From the NCBI GenBank assembly GCA_965250225.1, contig CBDFNQ010000035.1, forward strand, positions 129,641 through 193,640: 64,000 nt of DNA, given 5' to 3'. The translations under genes were made by a program, and so were the position numbers. The stretch is from Gammaproteobacteria bacterium (GTDB lineage: Bacteria; Pseudomonadota; Gammaproteobacteria; Eutrophobiales; Eutrophobiaceae). Shown here piece by piece: positions 30,696 to 41,179 of this stretch (the stretch's first letter is position 1; every line of letters begins with the position of its first letter). The notes under the pieces are model-generated. The model saw nothing but the letters and a program-made list of their open reading frames with translations, searched no databases and was not told the origin of the DNA.

Positions 30696-31676
30696 CTATG
30701 TTGATTGAGTCAAAACGTCATGAATAAATTTTGGGATTCGTTTTTCTAGCCAGTATTCAGGTTTAGCAAATGATGAACCGGAGATAAAACCGACGTGTCC
30801 GCCGTGTGCGCTTACATCAAGTGTCGTACCGTTTGAGAGTTCTTTTTGATTAGGGACAGCGTCTTCTGGAACAAACGGATCGTCTTTGGCATGAATGATC
30901 AAACAGCGTGTTGTTATCTTGGGAAGAAACTGTCGACAGCTGGATTTCAGATAATAATCTTTTGCGGATTTAAATCCATGTAATCTTGCGGTGATATGAT
31001 GATCGAACGCCCAGAAATCACGATATTCATTCAATCGTGCTAAATCAACAGGTGCTTGTCGTTGTTTAAACTTAATGCGTATTTTCTCACGCAGACTTTT
31101 GATCAAATACCACTGATAAAATCGTGAGAATCCTTGATTGAGTTTGTCTGCACAACGATCTAACTCAAAGGGTACTGAGACTCCAATTGCCGCGGTGAGA
31201 GGACAGGCTGTCGATTGCTCTGCGAGATATTTCAATAGCGCATTGCCACCCAGTGAATAGCCTATTGCAAATAAAGGTACCTGAGGGTGACGTTGTCTGA
31301 GTGTATTGAGTGAAAATCTAATGTCACCTGTATCACCCGAATGATAACTTCGATCCAGACGGTTCGGTTCATCAGAACAGCCACGAAAATGCATCAGGAC
31401 ACCAATCCAACCATTCTTATGAATGGCATTCAACATACCCCGAGCATAAGGTGAGTTAATGGAACCTTCCAGGCCATGAAAAAGTATTACGACAGGTTTG
31501 TTTTGTCCTGCCGGTTTTTCTGTCCAACACAGGTCAACAAAATCACCATCGGCTAACTCAAGTCGTTCAGGGAATAAACTGTTTTTATACCGAGACTTGA
31601 AAATCCTGGGCCAAAGGGTTTGGAGATGAGGACTTTTGCACCAGCAAGCGGGTTTGAAGGAGCTGAGTGAAATCAA
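30696..31676 (-). CDS. Alpha/beta-fold hydrolase, YheT-like
   Basis: HGLEGS oxyanion region, nucleophile elbow GYSLGGN and C-terminal HGGHVGF. Confidence 0.8.
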   Translation of the reverse strand: MISLSSFKPACWCKSPHLQTLWPRIFKSRYKNSLFPERLELADGDFVDLCWTEKPAGQNKPVVILFHGLEGSINSPYARGMLNAIHKNGWIGVLMHFRGCSDEPNRLDRSYHSGDTGDIRFSLNTLRQRHPQVPLFAIGYSLGGNALLKYLAEQSTACPLTAAIGVSVPFELDRCADKLNQGFSRFYQWYLIKSLREKIRIKFKQRQAPVDLARLNEYRDFWAFDHHITARLHGFKSAKDYYLKSSCRQFLPKITTRCLIIHAKDDPFVPEDAVPNQKELSNGTTLDVSAHGGHVGFISGSSFAKPEYWLEKRIPKFIHDVLTQST

Positions 31677-32015
31677 ACTTAAAAGTGATAGTTATGTATT
31701 TTCGATTTAATTGTTATGCCGGGCTGATTGCCATGGAGGGTGGAAATACAGGAAGCGCAGGAGCCGTTTCCTGTAAGACTCGGTATCCAGTGGAATAACG
31801 AATTAAAGTTTTTTAAGAGCCGTAATATTTCTTTGTAGTCGCTGTTCAGCATATCCAGGCTTGTATATGTTCCAGATTTCAAGGGTTAGTGGCCACACCA
31901 TCATGACTCTCTCTGGGAGATGCCTCCACGAATTCATTATTTGCACTGGCATCATCTTCATCGGAAGAAAGGGATTTTAATGAAGTTTTCGTGCGGTCAA
32001 GTTTCATGTCTGGAT

Positions 32016-33121
32016 TATATACTCAATCAACTTCAAGTTGCAGGATCGATGATCTGAAAGTTATCATTAATTCTATCGTTCAATGAGTCCGCGATATCCG
32101 GTAAAGTGTTTTTGAAAAAGTCATCGATTTGCTCACGAAATTCCTTGGCCGAATGGAAATAGTGGTTATTACGGACGTGTTCGTTCATCACTTTCCATAA
32201 ACGTTCTATCGGATTCAAATTAGGACTATAAGGCGGCAGGATGTGTATCTTAATATTAAGTTCGTTTGCCTTTTCTTTAACACTCGCCGCCTTATGATAA
32301 CCCGCCCCATCAACTATCCAGTGAAGGGTGTTTGCATCAACGTATTGCGCTCGTAATTTGGATAGAAAATCAACAATGCTGTCGGCATTAATCGTGTCAT
32401 AGGTTTCTGTCACCGTGTTTGACAAGGCATTGAGTTCAATCGCACCTAATAGGTTAATCCGTGTGCGACTCGCGGTTGTTTTGATAAGCTTATTTGTCCC
32501 TCTCTTTATCCAACCGTGACTCAATTTCGTCGACTGTGTCGGATGCACGCCATCACCAAACAAAATAGGCTCATCAGCACCGACGTTTGCTTTCAATACG
32601 TCATACTGCTTGATAAAGGCATGTTGTTGTTCAACATCGGCTTTGGCGGGGATCCCTTTGGGTTGTTTATAAACAAATCCTTGACGATGCAACCATTTAT
32701 GTAAACCCGATACCGTGTAGTCAACCCCATAACGGGTCTTGATGTAAGCCACAATTTGGTGGTTATGTTGATATAGATGTGCTGTCAGATGTGCGAGTAA
32801 TTCGTCACATTGTCGCTTGCTTAATTTCTCCTCGGAACCGCCGTTTGCACAGTGCAATTTCTGCTCTCCGGTATAGTCCTTCAAGTGACGAAGTATACAG
32901 GTTTCATGTTTGCGCAAGGCTTGCGCTATCATCGTTGTGCTCCACCCTTCAGAATTCAGTAATACGGCTTTGATACGATCACCTTCCCGGATATCTCGCA
33001 CTTGCTTATGTCGTGCTTCTAATTTCAATTTGTTTTCTGCGGTTAATTCAATCTTGCTCATAGGTGATAGACTGATCTCTTAATTCATAAACATCAAGCT
33101 CTTTCATCGATCTTGGGTATA
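32016..33121 (-). mobile_element. IS630-family insertion sequence, copy A (1106 bp including flanking TA)
   Basis: Ends defined by comparison with copy B. TATATACTCAATCAACTTCAAG... at 32016 and ...CATCGATCTTGGGTATA at 33121. Imperfect terminal inverted repeats. TA at both junctions. Confidence 0.9.
32033..33061 (-). CDS. IS630-family (Tc1/mariner-like DDE) transposase
   Basis: 342 aa. N-terminal HTH and DDE region ILFGDGVHPTQ...WIVDGAGYHKA...PPYSPNLNPIERLW. Translation is identical to the 45793..46821 copy. Confidence 0.92.
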   Translation of the reverse strand: MSKIELTAENKLKLEARHKQVRDIREGDRIKAVLLNSEGWSTTMIAQALRKHETCILRHLKDYTGEQKLHCANGGSEEKLSKRQCDELLAHLTAHLYQHNHQIVAYIKTRYGVDYTVSGLHKWLHRQGFVYKQPKGIPAKADVEQQHAFIKQYDVLKANVGADEPILFGDGVHPTQSTKLSHGWIKRGTNKLIKTTASRTRINLLGAIELNALSNTVTETYDTINADSIVDFLSKLRAQYVDANTLHWIVDGAGYHKAASVKEKANELNIKIHILPPYSPNLNPIERLWKVMNEHVRNNHYFHSAKEFREQIDDFFKNTLPDIADSLNDRINDNFQIIDPAT

Positions 33122-33364
33122 GACAGTATTACACTGGAATTGTGTCAGCGTTATGTGGAAGAAATTATGTTGCTCAGCGAAACAGAGATCGAACAAGCGA
33201 TCCGACTTCTGTTTGAACAACATCGCCTGGTAACCGAAGGTTCAGCCGCTTTGAGTATTGGCGGCATAATTAAACGAAAAGAGCAATTCAAGGGAAAGAA
33301 AGTCGTTGCGGTCGTATGCGGACGGAGTATTGATCTGGATGTGTTTAAACGAATTATCAATTAG
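33122..33364 (+). pseudogene. C-terminal remnant of a PLP-dependent (fold type II) threonine/serine dehydratase-like gene
   Basis: DSITLELCQRYVEEIMLLSETEIEQAIRLLFEQHRLVTEGSAALSIGGII...KGKKVVAVVCGRSIDL resembles the C-terminal third of threonine ammonia-lyases. No matching N-terminal part is found on the other side of the IS. Confidence 0.45.
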
Positions 33365-33595
33365 CAAATAAAGACAGTCTGATAAAGCTGTCGATTATAT
33401 TAAGGCCGCTCGGGAACCGGGTGAATCATTCTATACATCTGTATAGTCAATGATTGAAAACTATATTTTCATACGCTGGCAGGATATTTCAAATACAAAA
33501 TGAGTTGCTAAGTTGAGTCTACCCAGATGCAGTAATAAGCGCCATCCTTGTTAATTACACTTCCCTTATGCGTTATCGAAAATCGGAGATAAAAA

Positions 33596-34078
33596 TTGCC
33601 AGAAATATTAGTTAGAAAAGCAAGCATTGAAGATTCAGGTTTAATCCTTGGGTTTATTAAAGAACTTGCAAGATATGAAAAGGCAGAAGATGAAGTCATT
33701 GCAACGGTTGAAGATATCGAAAATAATCTTTTCAACCGTAGCTCAACAACTGAAGCGGTCATTTGTACTTCTGACCAACTAGCAATTGGTCTTGCGATAT
33801 ACTTTTTAAACTTCTCAACATGGCTTGGTAAAAATGGATTGTACCTGGAAGATCTATATGTTTCTCCAGATCATAGAAGTGCCGGGATAGGAAAAAAACT
33901 TTTAAAACATTTAGCTGTATTGGCAGTTGAAAACAATTATAGAAGGTTTGAGTGGAGTGTTCTGGACTGGAATGAACCGGCGATAAAATTCTATGAGTCA
34001 ATCGGTGCAAAAGCGCAATGTGAATGGATAAGCTATCGCCTTGAAGGCCAATCCTTATTGGATTTTGCCAGGAGTTAA
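33596..34078 (+). CDS. GNAT family N-acetyltransferase (diamine/SSAT-like)
   Basis: 160 aa with TTG start and GGAG SD. The motif A region is RSAGIGKKLLKHL. Typical IRKA..ED...I..LI.ELA.YEK N-terminus. Confidence 0.8.
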   Translation: MPEILVRKASIEDSGLILGFIKELARYEKAEDEVIATVEDIENNLFNRSSTTEAVICTSDQLAIGLAIYFLNFSTWLGKNGLYLEDLYVSPDHRSAGIGKKLLKHLAVLAVENNYRRFEWSVLDWNEPAIKFYESIGAKAQCEWISYRLEGQSLLDFARS

Positions 34079-34182
34079 ACCGCAGTTGGCAGCATTAATG
34101 TGTAGATGCAAACAGAAGATAATCTTCATCTTAGATATTATTTAATTGCTCTATTGAATATTACAAATAGATATATAATTTC

Positions 34183-35457
34183 ACACTGCTGTCCCGTTAA
34201 GAACGAATAAAGTAGGCCTGAAATCCTATGATTTGTCACAATGAAATAACGACAAGTCATTGAAAAACAAAAGGAGAACAGGCCTTGAGTCATCATAATA
34301 CTGTGTTTTCACAACTACTGAGACTAATACCGAGACATGAATTTGAAACGCTTGCAAAACAGCATCATCAGGGACGCACTTTTCGAACGGCCTCTCGATG
34401 GTCTCAGTTCGTCTCTATGTCGATGGCACAATTATCTGGTCGAAGCAGCTTGCGTGATATAGTGGAGAACATCTCGGCACAGACACACCGTCTTTATCAT
34501 TTAGGTAGTGCAAAATTGTCGCGTTCTAACTTATCCCGCATTAATGAAAACAAACCTTCCACTCTGTACGAAGCGTTGTTTGGGAAACTGTTACATCGAT
34601 GTCAGGGGTTAGCACCAGGCCACAATTTCCGTTTCAAAAACGCACTCTATTCACTTGATGCCTCGACCATTGATTTGTGTTTGTCGGTTTTTCCGTGGGC
34701 TGATTTTCGCACAACAAAAGGAGCGATAAAGTTACATGTCGGATTAAATCATGCAGGCTATCTGCCCGAATTTGTGACCCTCACCGAAGGCAAAGACCAT
34801 GATATTACTGTGGGTCGAATGCTGAATTTCCCTAAAGGCAGTATTGTCGCTATTGATAAAGCATACAATGACTACGCTTGGTATAAGCAATTGACTGAAA
34901 AGGGCATATACTTTGTTACTCGCCTTAAAAACAATGCAAAATTCCGCATTGTGTGTCATCGACCCGTGTTAAAAGGAAAAAGCTTAACGAGTGATCAAAC
35001 GATTGAATTCACTGGTATTCAGACGGCAAAGAAATGCCCTGTTCAACTTCGCCGTATTGGTTATAGGGATGTTGCAACAGGTAAGTATTACGTATTTCTA
35101 AGTAATAATTTCAAACTCGCTGCCAAGACAATAGCCGATATTTACAAAGCGCGATGGCAAGTGGAATTGTTTTTTAAGTGGGTCAAGCAAGATTTGAAAA
35201 TAAAATCATTTGTGGGCACAAGCAAGAATGCAGTGATGACGCAAATTTGGATTGCGATGTGCATGTACTTACTTATTGCATTCATCAAATTTCAATCAAA
35301 ATTGAAGAAGAGCATGCAACAGATATTACGATTGTTACAGCTTAATTTGTTTGAAAAACGAGAGCTAATCGCTTTGCTAAGAGGTGACCCTTTACATGAT
35401 AGCTTGCCGGATATTAATCAGATGGCTTTGTTATGAAAGTTAACGGGACAGCAGTGT
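34183..35457 (+). mobile_element. IS4-family insertion sequence (1275 bp)
   Basis: Perfect 18-bp terminal inverted repeats ACACTGCTGTCCCGTTAA (34183-34200) and TTAACGGGACAGCAGTGT (35440-35457) bracket a DDE transposase. No clear target-site duplication was seen. Confidence 0.88.
34285..35436 (+). CDS. IS4-family DDE transposase (DUF4372-type N-terminus)
   Basis: 383 aa with TTG start. LDASTIDL, AIDKAYNDY and YKARWQVELFFKWVKQDLKIKSF motifs. Confidence 0.9.
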   Translation: MSHHNTVFSQLLRLIPRHEFETLAKQHHQGRTFRTASRWSQFVSMSMAQLSGRSSLRDIVENISAQTHRLYHLGSAKLSRSNLSRINENKPSTLYEALFGKLLHRCQGLAPGHNFRFKNALYSLDASTIDLCLSVFPWADFRTTKGAIKLHVGLNHAGYLPEFVTLTEGKDHDITVGRMLNFPKGSIVAIDKAYNDYAWYKQLTEKGIYFVTRLKNNAKFRIVCHRPVLKGKSLTSDQTIEFTGIQTAKKCPVQLRRIGYRDVATGKYYVFLSNNFKLAAKTIADIYKARWQVELFFKWVKQDLKIKSFVGTSKNAVMTQIWIAMCMYLLIAFIKFQSKLKKSMQQILRLLQLNLFEKRELIALLRGDPLHDSLPDINQMALL

Positions 35458-35955
35458 TTATAAAAATATGTTTAATTGTGCATGAAATTCAGTATTTGTG
35501 CTTCTGACTACAGGGGCATATTTCAGATGGATATATGGTGTCAATTTATATCCCTGGAAATATATCCCCTTCGATAGATTACCCAATCAGAGATTTCGCG
35601 CATAATACGCCAAATATTAATAATTTGGTTCAATCACATTCAACAATGAATTATGAGAGACAGTTAAGGCTCATATCATTCTTCTTGACCACTCAACAGG
35701 TTGGCTAGAAGATGGTTTGAAGGCGTTATTCAATTAACTTATTGTCGATGCTGAAATGTTGTAAATTGATGACGGAAATCTTATGTATTCTTGATCGTAG
35801 GAGTTTATTCCAGATATAGTCTCCGAAAATCGCAGTCATCATTTTTTTCTTACGCAACCGGGACGTTTGAACTGAACTTTATGGCTATTCAATAATTTGA
35901 GCTATAGAAAAAACAGTATATTCTGAATAGAAAAGAAATAAATAAGGTATTCACT

Positions 35956-36747
35956 ATGAAAAGCACAGGCAAACAACAGACGAAAGCATTAATCTTCGGT
36001 ATTATTTTGCTGTTTATATCTGGTTTTACTAACGCCGCCAAACTTGAACAAGTACAACAAGAAGGCGAAAAGAAACTGGTCGAAGCAGAACAGTCACAAA
36101 AGAAGATCGACAAGATAGTCGAAGGCGCGCAGGAGCGTCTCATTCAATACCAAAGTTTGCTAAAACAAATTGAAGGCTTAAAGACTTACAACGAGCAGTT
36201 ATCGACACAGGTTCAAGGACAAGAGAATTTGATCGCCCGCTTTGATGAGTCCATCACCCAGGTCGCGTTGATTGAACGTCAGATGGGGCCCCTGGTGGCG
36301 AAGATGGCAGACGGTCTGGAGCAATTTATTGAACTGGACTTGCCCTTTTATACAGAGGAGCGACAAGAACGATTGGCGTTTATACAAGAGAGTCTGGTTG
36401 CAGCGGATGTGGATGTAGCGGAGAAGTTTCGCCAGGTCATTGAAGCCTATCAAATCGAAAACGAATACGGTCGTAAGATAGACACCTACCAGGACATCGT
36501 CACGCTCAACGGAGCGGAAATGGAAGTCGATGTCTTGCGTATTGGACGCATTGCCATGGTGAGTCAAAGCAAAGACACCAAGATCTCGGCGCGTTGGGAC
36601 AACGACACAAAAAGCTGGCAAGTCCTGGATAATGTCACCTATCGCAATGCCATCCGCCAGGGGATCAAGATGGCGAAAAAACAAGCCTCCATTGGCATAC
36701 TGACTCTGCCCATTGCACCGGCCACAACGGCGGAGGTGGCGCAATGA
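35956..36747 (+). CDS. DUF3450 periplasmic coiled-coil protein (TtpB-like component of TonB2-type systems)
   Basis: Signal peptide followed by a long coiled coil. First gene of a six-gene cluster with tight or overlapping junctions. Confidence 0.75.
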   Translation: MKSTGKQQTKALIFGIILLFISGFTNAAKLEQVQQEGEKKLVEAEQSQKKIDKIVEGAQERLIQYQSLLKQIEGLKTYNEQLSTQVQGQENLIARFDESITQVALIERQMGPLVAKMADGLEQFIELDLPFYTEERQERLAFIQESLVAADVDVAEKFRQVIEAYQIENEYGRKIDTYQDIVTLNGAEMEVDVLRIGRIAMVSQSKDTKISARWDNDTKSWQVLDNVTYRNAIRQGIKMAKKQASIGILTLPIAPATTAEVAQ

Positions 36748-38120
36748 GAACACATCAACACAACACATCATTAACACTCAAAGCATTTCTACCCATTCTG
36801 TTCATTGCCTTAAGTCTTCCAATAAGCGCATCGGCAAAAGAAGACACCCTGTCCATGGACACCCTGTTACAACAAGTCAAAGCCGGCCGTGCCAAAGACG
36901 CGGCGGACAACAAACAACGCGAACAAGCTTTTATCAAGGAAAGGGCGCAGCAAGTCGCCCGGATCAAGCAAGCTATGCTGGATGTTCAGGCATTGGAAGC
37001 AAAGAGTGCGGCACTGGAACAACGTTTTAATGCAAATGAATTATTGGTAGAAGAAAAACGCCAACAGCGTAACGAACGCCTGGGTTCTTTAAAAGAATTG
37101 TTTGGGCATCTGACGGGCGCCGCAGGTGATATGCGCAGTCGCTTTCAAAATTCGATCACCACCAGCCAATTCCCGGAACGTGAGGCATTTTTGAGTGGAC
37201 TCATTAAGAAAATGAACAGCGATACGGACTTGCCTACCCTGACAGAAATCGAGCGGGTCTGGTATGAACTACATCGAGAGATGACCGAATCCGGCCGCGT
37301 CGTCAAATACACAACGATAGTCGGCACAGAAAAAGCTCGTGAGATTGTCCGCGTTGGACTCTTTAATATCGTCTCCAACAGCGACTATCTGGCCTATGAT
37401 TCGGACACACGCAGCGTCTCCGTTCTTCCACGTCAACCGGTCGGTTTAGCAGAAGGTGTCAGCGCATTACAATCCTCCTCTGATGGTGTTACTGCTATTG
37501 GCATAGATCCCACCGGCGCTGCCGGTGGGGGCTTTTTAAAGGCCATTATCAATACACCCACATTGGAAGAACGCTGGCATCAAGGTCGCCAGGTGGGCTA
37601 TATCATCACTGGCGTTGGTGCCTTTGCGGTGCTCGTCGCCTTATGGCGTTTCCTGATCCTCAGCTTTACCTCGACCAAGATCCGCGCGCAACTGACACGA
37701 AAAGATATCAAAACCAACAACCCATTGGGTCGTATCTTAAAAGTCGCCGAAGACAATCCACAGACCGATACCGAAAGTCTTGAGCTGAAACTGGGTGAGG
37801 CGATCTTAAAAGAAGGACCGAAGATCCAGTCGGGCCTGTCCTTGTTGAAAATCATCGCCATGGTGGCACCCCTGCTCGGTTTGTTGGGAACGGTGACCGG
37901 TATGATCATTGTCTTCCAGGCGATCACCATTTATGGGGCGGGCGATCCGAAGGCGATGGCCGGCGGGATCTCCAGTGCTCTGGTGACGACCGTACTGGGA
38001 TTGATTGTCGCCATCCCTACCCTATTAATGCACACAATGCTCCATGGCAAGGCAAAAAACATGTTGCACATATTGGAAGAACAAAGTGCCGGCATTGTTG
38101 CCGAGCGGACTGGCCAATAA
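36744..38120 (+). CDS. Large MotA/TolQ/ExbB proton-channel family protein (TtpC-like)
   Basis: 458 aa. Signal/anchor, periplasmic coiled coil and a C-terminal three-TM channel domain with APLLGLLGTVTGMI. Confidence 0.82.
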   Translation: MRTHQHNTSLTLKAFLPILFIALSLPISASAKEDTLSMDTLLQQVKAGRAKDAADNKQREQAFIKERAQQVARIKQAMLDVQALEAKSAALEQRFNANELLVEEKRQQRNERLGSLKELFGHLTGAAGDMRSRFQNSITTSQFPEREAFLSGLIKKMNSDTDLPTLTEIERVWYELHREMTESGRVVKYTTIVGTEKAREIVRVGLFNIVSNSDYLAYDSDTRSVSVLPRQPVGLAEGVSALQSSSDGVTAIGIDPTGAAGGGFLKAIINTPTLEERWHQGRQVGYIITGVGAFAVLVALWRFLILSFTSTKIRAQLTRKDIKTNNPLGRILKVAEDNPQTDTESLELKLGEAILKEGPKIQSGLSLLKIIAMVAPLLGLLGTVTGMIIVFQAITIYGAGDPKAMAGGISSALVTTVLGLIVAIPTLLMHTMLHGKAKNMLHILEEQSAGIVAERTGQ

Positions 38121-38151
38121 CTGAACGTCACGAACAAGCAGGAGAGATACC

Positions 38152-38682
38152 ATGCTGCTGTATTTATTAGACGCACTTGAGGCCATTGATCATTTTTTTC
38201 ATTCCGGTGGACCGGTGTTGTATCTCATTGCCTTGTTGACCTTTGTCATGTGGGTGCTGATGCTGGAGCGGTTCTGGTATTACTATGGCGGCTACCGCGG
38301 CGATGCCCGGAAAGTCATCGACACCTGGGAAGCACGCCTGGAACGACAATCCTGGGCAGCGCATGCGATACGCGACAAACTCATATCCGAGACGCGGATC
38401 AAGATCGATCAGAACCTGTCTTTAATTAAAACCATGATTGCGATTTGTCCGCTGTTTGGTTTACTCGGCACGGTCACCGGCATGATCGACGTCTTTAGCA
38501 TTTTATCTATTACCGGTGGTGCCGATGCAAAATCCATGGCCGGTGGCGTCTCGCGTGCCACCATCCCAACCATGGCCGGCATGGTGGCGGCCTTATCGGG
38601 TGTCTTTGCCAATATCTACATCTGCCAAAAAGCCTCACGCGAACGCAAACTCATTGAAGAACACTTAACCATGGATCATTAA
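38152..38682 (+). CDS. exbB: ExbB/TolQ-type proton channel subunit
   Basis: 176 aa with three TM helices. CPLFGLLGTVTGMIDVF signature. Confidence 0.85.
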   Translation: MLLYLLDALEAIDHFFHSGGPVLYLIALLTFVMWVLMLERFWYYYGGYRGDARKVIDTWEARLERQSWAAHAIRDKLISETRIKIDQNLSLIKTMIAICPLFGLLGTVTGMIDVFSILSITGGADAKSMAGGVSRATIPTMAGMVAALSGVFANIYICQKASRERKLIEEHLTMDH

Positions 38683-38684
38683 TT

Positions 38685-39104
38685 ATGAGAAGACGAAGCT
38701 TTAGTTCCGATGCCGCTAGCGACGACGAAGGTGCGGTTGATTTGACACCAATGCTGGACGTGGTGTTCATTATGTTGATCTTTTTTATTGTCACTGCGAC
38801 GTTTATCAAGGAAGCCGGCATTGAAGTCAATCGCCCGGACGCCAACACCTCCGAGCAAAAAGACAACACCACAGTACTGGTGGCGATCAATGCCGACAAC
38901 AGTATCTGGATAGACAAACGGCGTGTTGATATACGCTCGGTTCGGGCCAATATTGAACGGCTGCACGCGGAGAACCCGGAAGGCGGCGTGGTCATACAGG
39001 CGGATGAATTGGCGTCTGTGAAAACCTTCACCGGGGTATTGGATGCGGCTCGGGAAGTGGTGCCGCACGAGAAAATATCACTGGCAACGGACATCAAAAA
39101 TTAG
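38685..39104 (+). CDS. exbD: ExbD/TolR biopolymer transport protein
   Basis: 139 aa. DLTPMLDVVFIMLIFFIV N-terminal TM with the conserved Asp, plus a periplasmic domain. Confidence 0.88.
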   Translation: MRRRSFSSDAASDDEGAVDLTPMLDVVFIMLIFFIVTATFIKEAGIEVNRPDANTSEQKDNTTVLVAINADNSIWIDKRRVDIRSVRANIERLHAENPEGGVVIQADELASVKTFTGVLDAAREVVPHEKISLATDIKN

Positions 39105-39106
39105 CC

Positions 39107-39727
39107 ATGCAAAGTAGCCTGCTTAGAACCCTGTTTGTCCTGCCCCAGGCGGCCCTGGTGACCTTGTTGCTATTGGTGTTAATGGTGAGCTTGATTGAAT
39201 TTGCCGACAAACGGCTGGACACAGAAAAACGCATAAAACTGCCGGACATCCTGATGCCGGAAGTGGAAATCGAGATCCAGCGTTTAATTGAAAAGCCGGA
39301 AAAACCGGAAGTCGATGAGACACCGCCACCGGACATCCCCGAGCAAGACTTCGATGAAATTGATGGCAATGCCGCCGTCGGTCAGGTGGGACTTCCAGGC
39401 AAGATACAGACTAAACTGGACTTGAATATAGGTGCCGGACTGCAAGCGACCGACGGTGAATATTTACCCATCGTCAAAGTCGCCCCGCAATACCCAAGAC
39501 GCGCCTTAAGCCGCGGTATCGAAGGCTACGCGATAGTCGAGTACACCGTTACCAAACGAGGCACGGTCAAAGATGCGTTTATTGTGGAAGCCAAACCCGA
39601 AGGCACCTTCGATAAGGCCGCGATCAAATCGGCTTTGCGCTACAAATACAAACCCCGTGTGGTCGACGGTGAACCGATTGAAGTGTCGGGCGTGCGCACC
39701 AAGATCACCTTCGAGCTGGAAGACTAA
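39107..39727 (+). CDS. tonB: Energy transducer TonB
   Basis: N-terminal anchor, Pro/Glu-rich spacer EKPEKPEVDETPPPDIPE, and C-terminal domain APQYPRRALSRGIEGYAIVEYTVTKRGTV...KYKP. Confidence 0.88.
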   Translation: MQSSLLRTLFVLPQAALVTLLLLVLMVSLIEFADKRLDTEKRIKLPDILMPEVEIEIQRLIEKPEKPEVDETPPPDIPEQDFDEIDGNAAVGQVGLPGKIQTKLDLNIGAGLQATDGEYLPIVKVAPQYPRRALSRGIEGYAIVEYTVTKRGTVKDAFIVEAKPEGTFDKAAIKSALRYKYKPRVVDGEPIEVSGVRTKITFELED

Positions 39728-39731
39728 GTGT

Positions 39732-41168
39732 ATGGTAAAATTGGCTGATCACTCCTCATTACGTTCACTGGGCACGGTCTTGTTGATCGCATCCGTCCTG
39801 CTCGGTTCAACGCAGGTTCATGCCAGGAAAAAAGACGACACCAAAGCCACCGGCGCGATTGACACGAAGACATTCGAGGTATTAACCAAGGCACAAGAGC
39901 TGACCGAAAACAGTCAATACGACGAAGCGATAAAGACACTCGACACCCTCAAGGACTCGAACAAATTAAACGGCTACGCCAAGAGCCAGATGTGGAACTT
40001 CTACGCCTTCATCTACGCCAGTCAGGAAAAATACAAAAACGCCATCGGCGCGTACAAACAATTACTCGCCGAGCCCGATGCGCCCGAAGGCTTGAAGCTG
40101 ACCGCCAAATACACTCTGGCGCAACTGTACTTTCAGTTGGAAGATTATCCTGCTGTGATCAATTTTATGGAAGAGTGGTTAAAGGAAATTCCCAAACCGA
40201 CGGCGACCGCGCACATCATGCTGGCGCAGGCTTATTATCAAAGTAAAACCTATGATCCGGCCTTAAAGAATCTGAATAAGGCCATCAACATTGAGCAGGG
40301 CGAAGGCAAGAAAATCAAAGAAAACTGGCTGCGCATGAAAGTGGCGATCTATTTTGAAAAGAAAGACACCAAGAACACCTTAAAAACCTACGAAACCTTA
40401 TTACAGCACTATCCGAAACTGACCTACATGAAACAAATCGCAGGCTTGCATGGCGAGTTGGGGAATGAGAAAAAACGCCTGACGACTTATGATGCGATCT
40501 ATCTGCACGGCGGCTTAGAAAATGGCTCCGACGTGTTAAACTTAGCCTATATGTACCTGGGACAGGAAATACCCTATAAGGCGGGGAAGATCATCGCAAA
40601 TGGAATGAAGCAAAATGCAATCAAGGAAAATAAAAAAAATGTAGAGACCCTGGCCAATGCCTGGGCGCAGGCAAATGAACACAAAAAAGCCATCCCGGCC
40701 CTGGAAAAAGCCGCCGGTTTATCCGACAAGGGTCTGTTATACGCACGTCTTGCCGGGGTGTATTTTGATGCGGGCGAATTCAAGAAAGCCGTCGATGCCG
40801 CCAAAAAAGCCGATGAGAAAGGCAAGTTAAAACGCAAAGACAATAACCTCATGCTGCTCGGCATGGCCTCATTCAATATCAAAGACTTCGAAGGCGCACT
40901 GCAAGCCTTTCGCGGAGCGAAGAAATCGAAAAAGAGTTTTAGTGATGCCAGGAAATGGGAAAAGTACACCTTGAGTGAACTGGAACGACTGCGCGTATTG
41001 GAAGAGAGTAAATTCCAATTGGCAGAAAAAACCAAAGAGACACTGGAATCGGATGAAAGTAATGTTGAGGCTATTGGACAGAAACTGTTATTGAGTAATG
41101 ATGCGGTAAATGAAAATGAAGCGGTACAAAAAAGCAAGACAGATCCAGCACATACAGCTAACGAATAG
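39732..41168 (+). CDS. Secreted TPR-repeat protein (TtpD-like)
   Basis: ATG 39732 is followed by signal peptide LGTVLLIASVLLGSTQVHA. Multiple TPR-like helices. The track start 39573 overlaps tonB and is rejected. Confidence 0.75.
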   Translation: MVKLADHSSLRSLGTVLLIASVLLGSTQVHARKKDDTKATGAIDTKTFEVLTKAQELTENSQYDEAIKTLDTLKDSNKLNGYAKSQMWNFYAFIYASQEKYKNAIGAYKQLLAEPDAPEGLKLTAKYTLAQLYFQLEDYPAVINFMEEWLKEIPKPTATAHIMLAQAYYQSKTYDPALKNLNKAINIEQGEGKKIKENWLRMKVAIYFEKKDTKNTLKTYETLLQHYPKLTYMKQIAGLHGELGNEKKRLTTYDAIYLHGGLENGSDVLNLAYMYLGQEIPYKAGKIIANGMKQNAIKENKKNVETLANAWAQANEHKKAIPALEKAAGLSDKGLLYARLAGVYFDAGEFKKAVDAAKKADEKGKLKRKDNNLMLLGMASFNIKDFEGALQAFRGAKKSKKSFSDARKWEKYTLSELERLRVLEESKFQLAEKTKETLESDESNVEAIGQKLLLSNDAVNENEAVQKSKTDPAHTANE

Positions 41169-41179
41169 TAAAGGTCGAA

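Noticed and set aside
31679-31882. 67-aa minus-strand ORF between the hydrolase and IS630
   Set aside because: There is no SD and no similarity to anything I recognise. It is AT-rich junk next to a rearranged junction.
35618-35640. Possible Fur box (AATATTAATAATTTGGTTC) upstream of the TonB2 cluster
   Set aside because: Only about 11 of 19 positions match the GATAATGATAATCATTATC consensus, and it lies more than 300 bp upstream of the first gene.
36199-41137. Long antisense ORFs in the TonB2 cluster (36199..36777, 37598..37930, 38651..39097, 38679..39068, 40574..41137)
   Set aside because: They are shadow ORFs typical of the more GC-rich coding DNA. Each is nested in a gene with clear family motifs on the plus strand.
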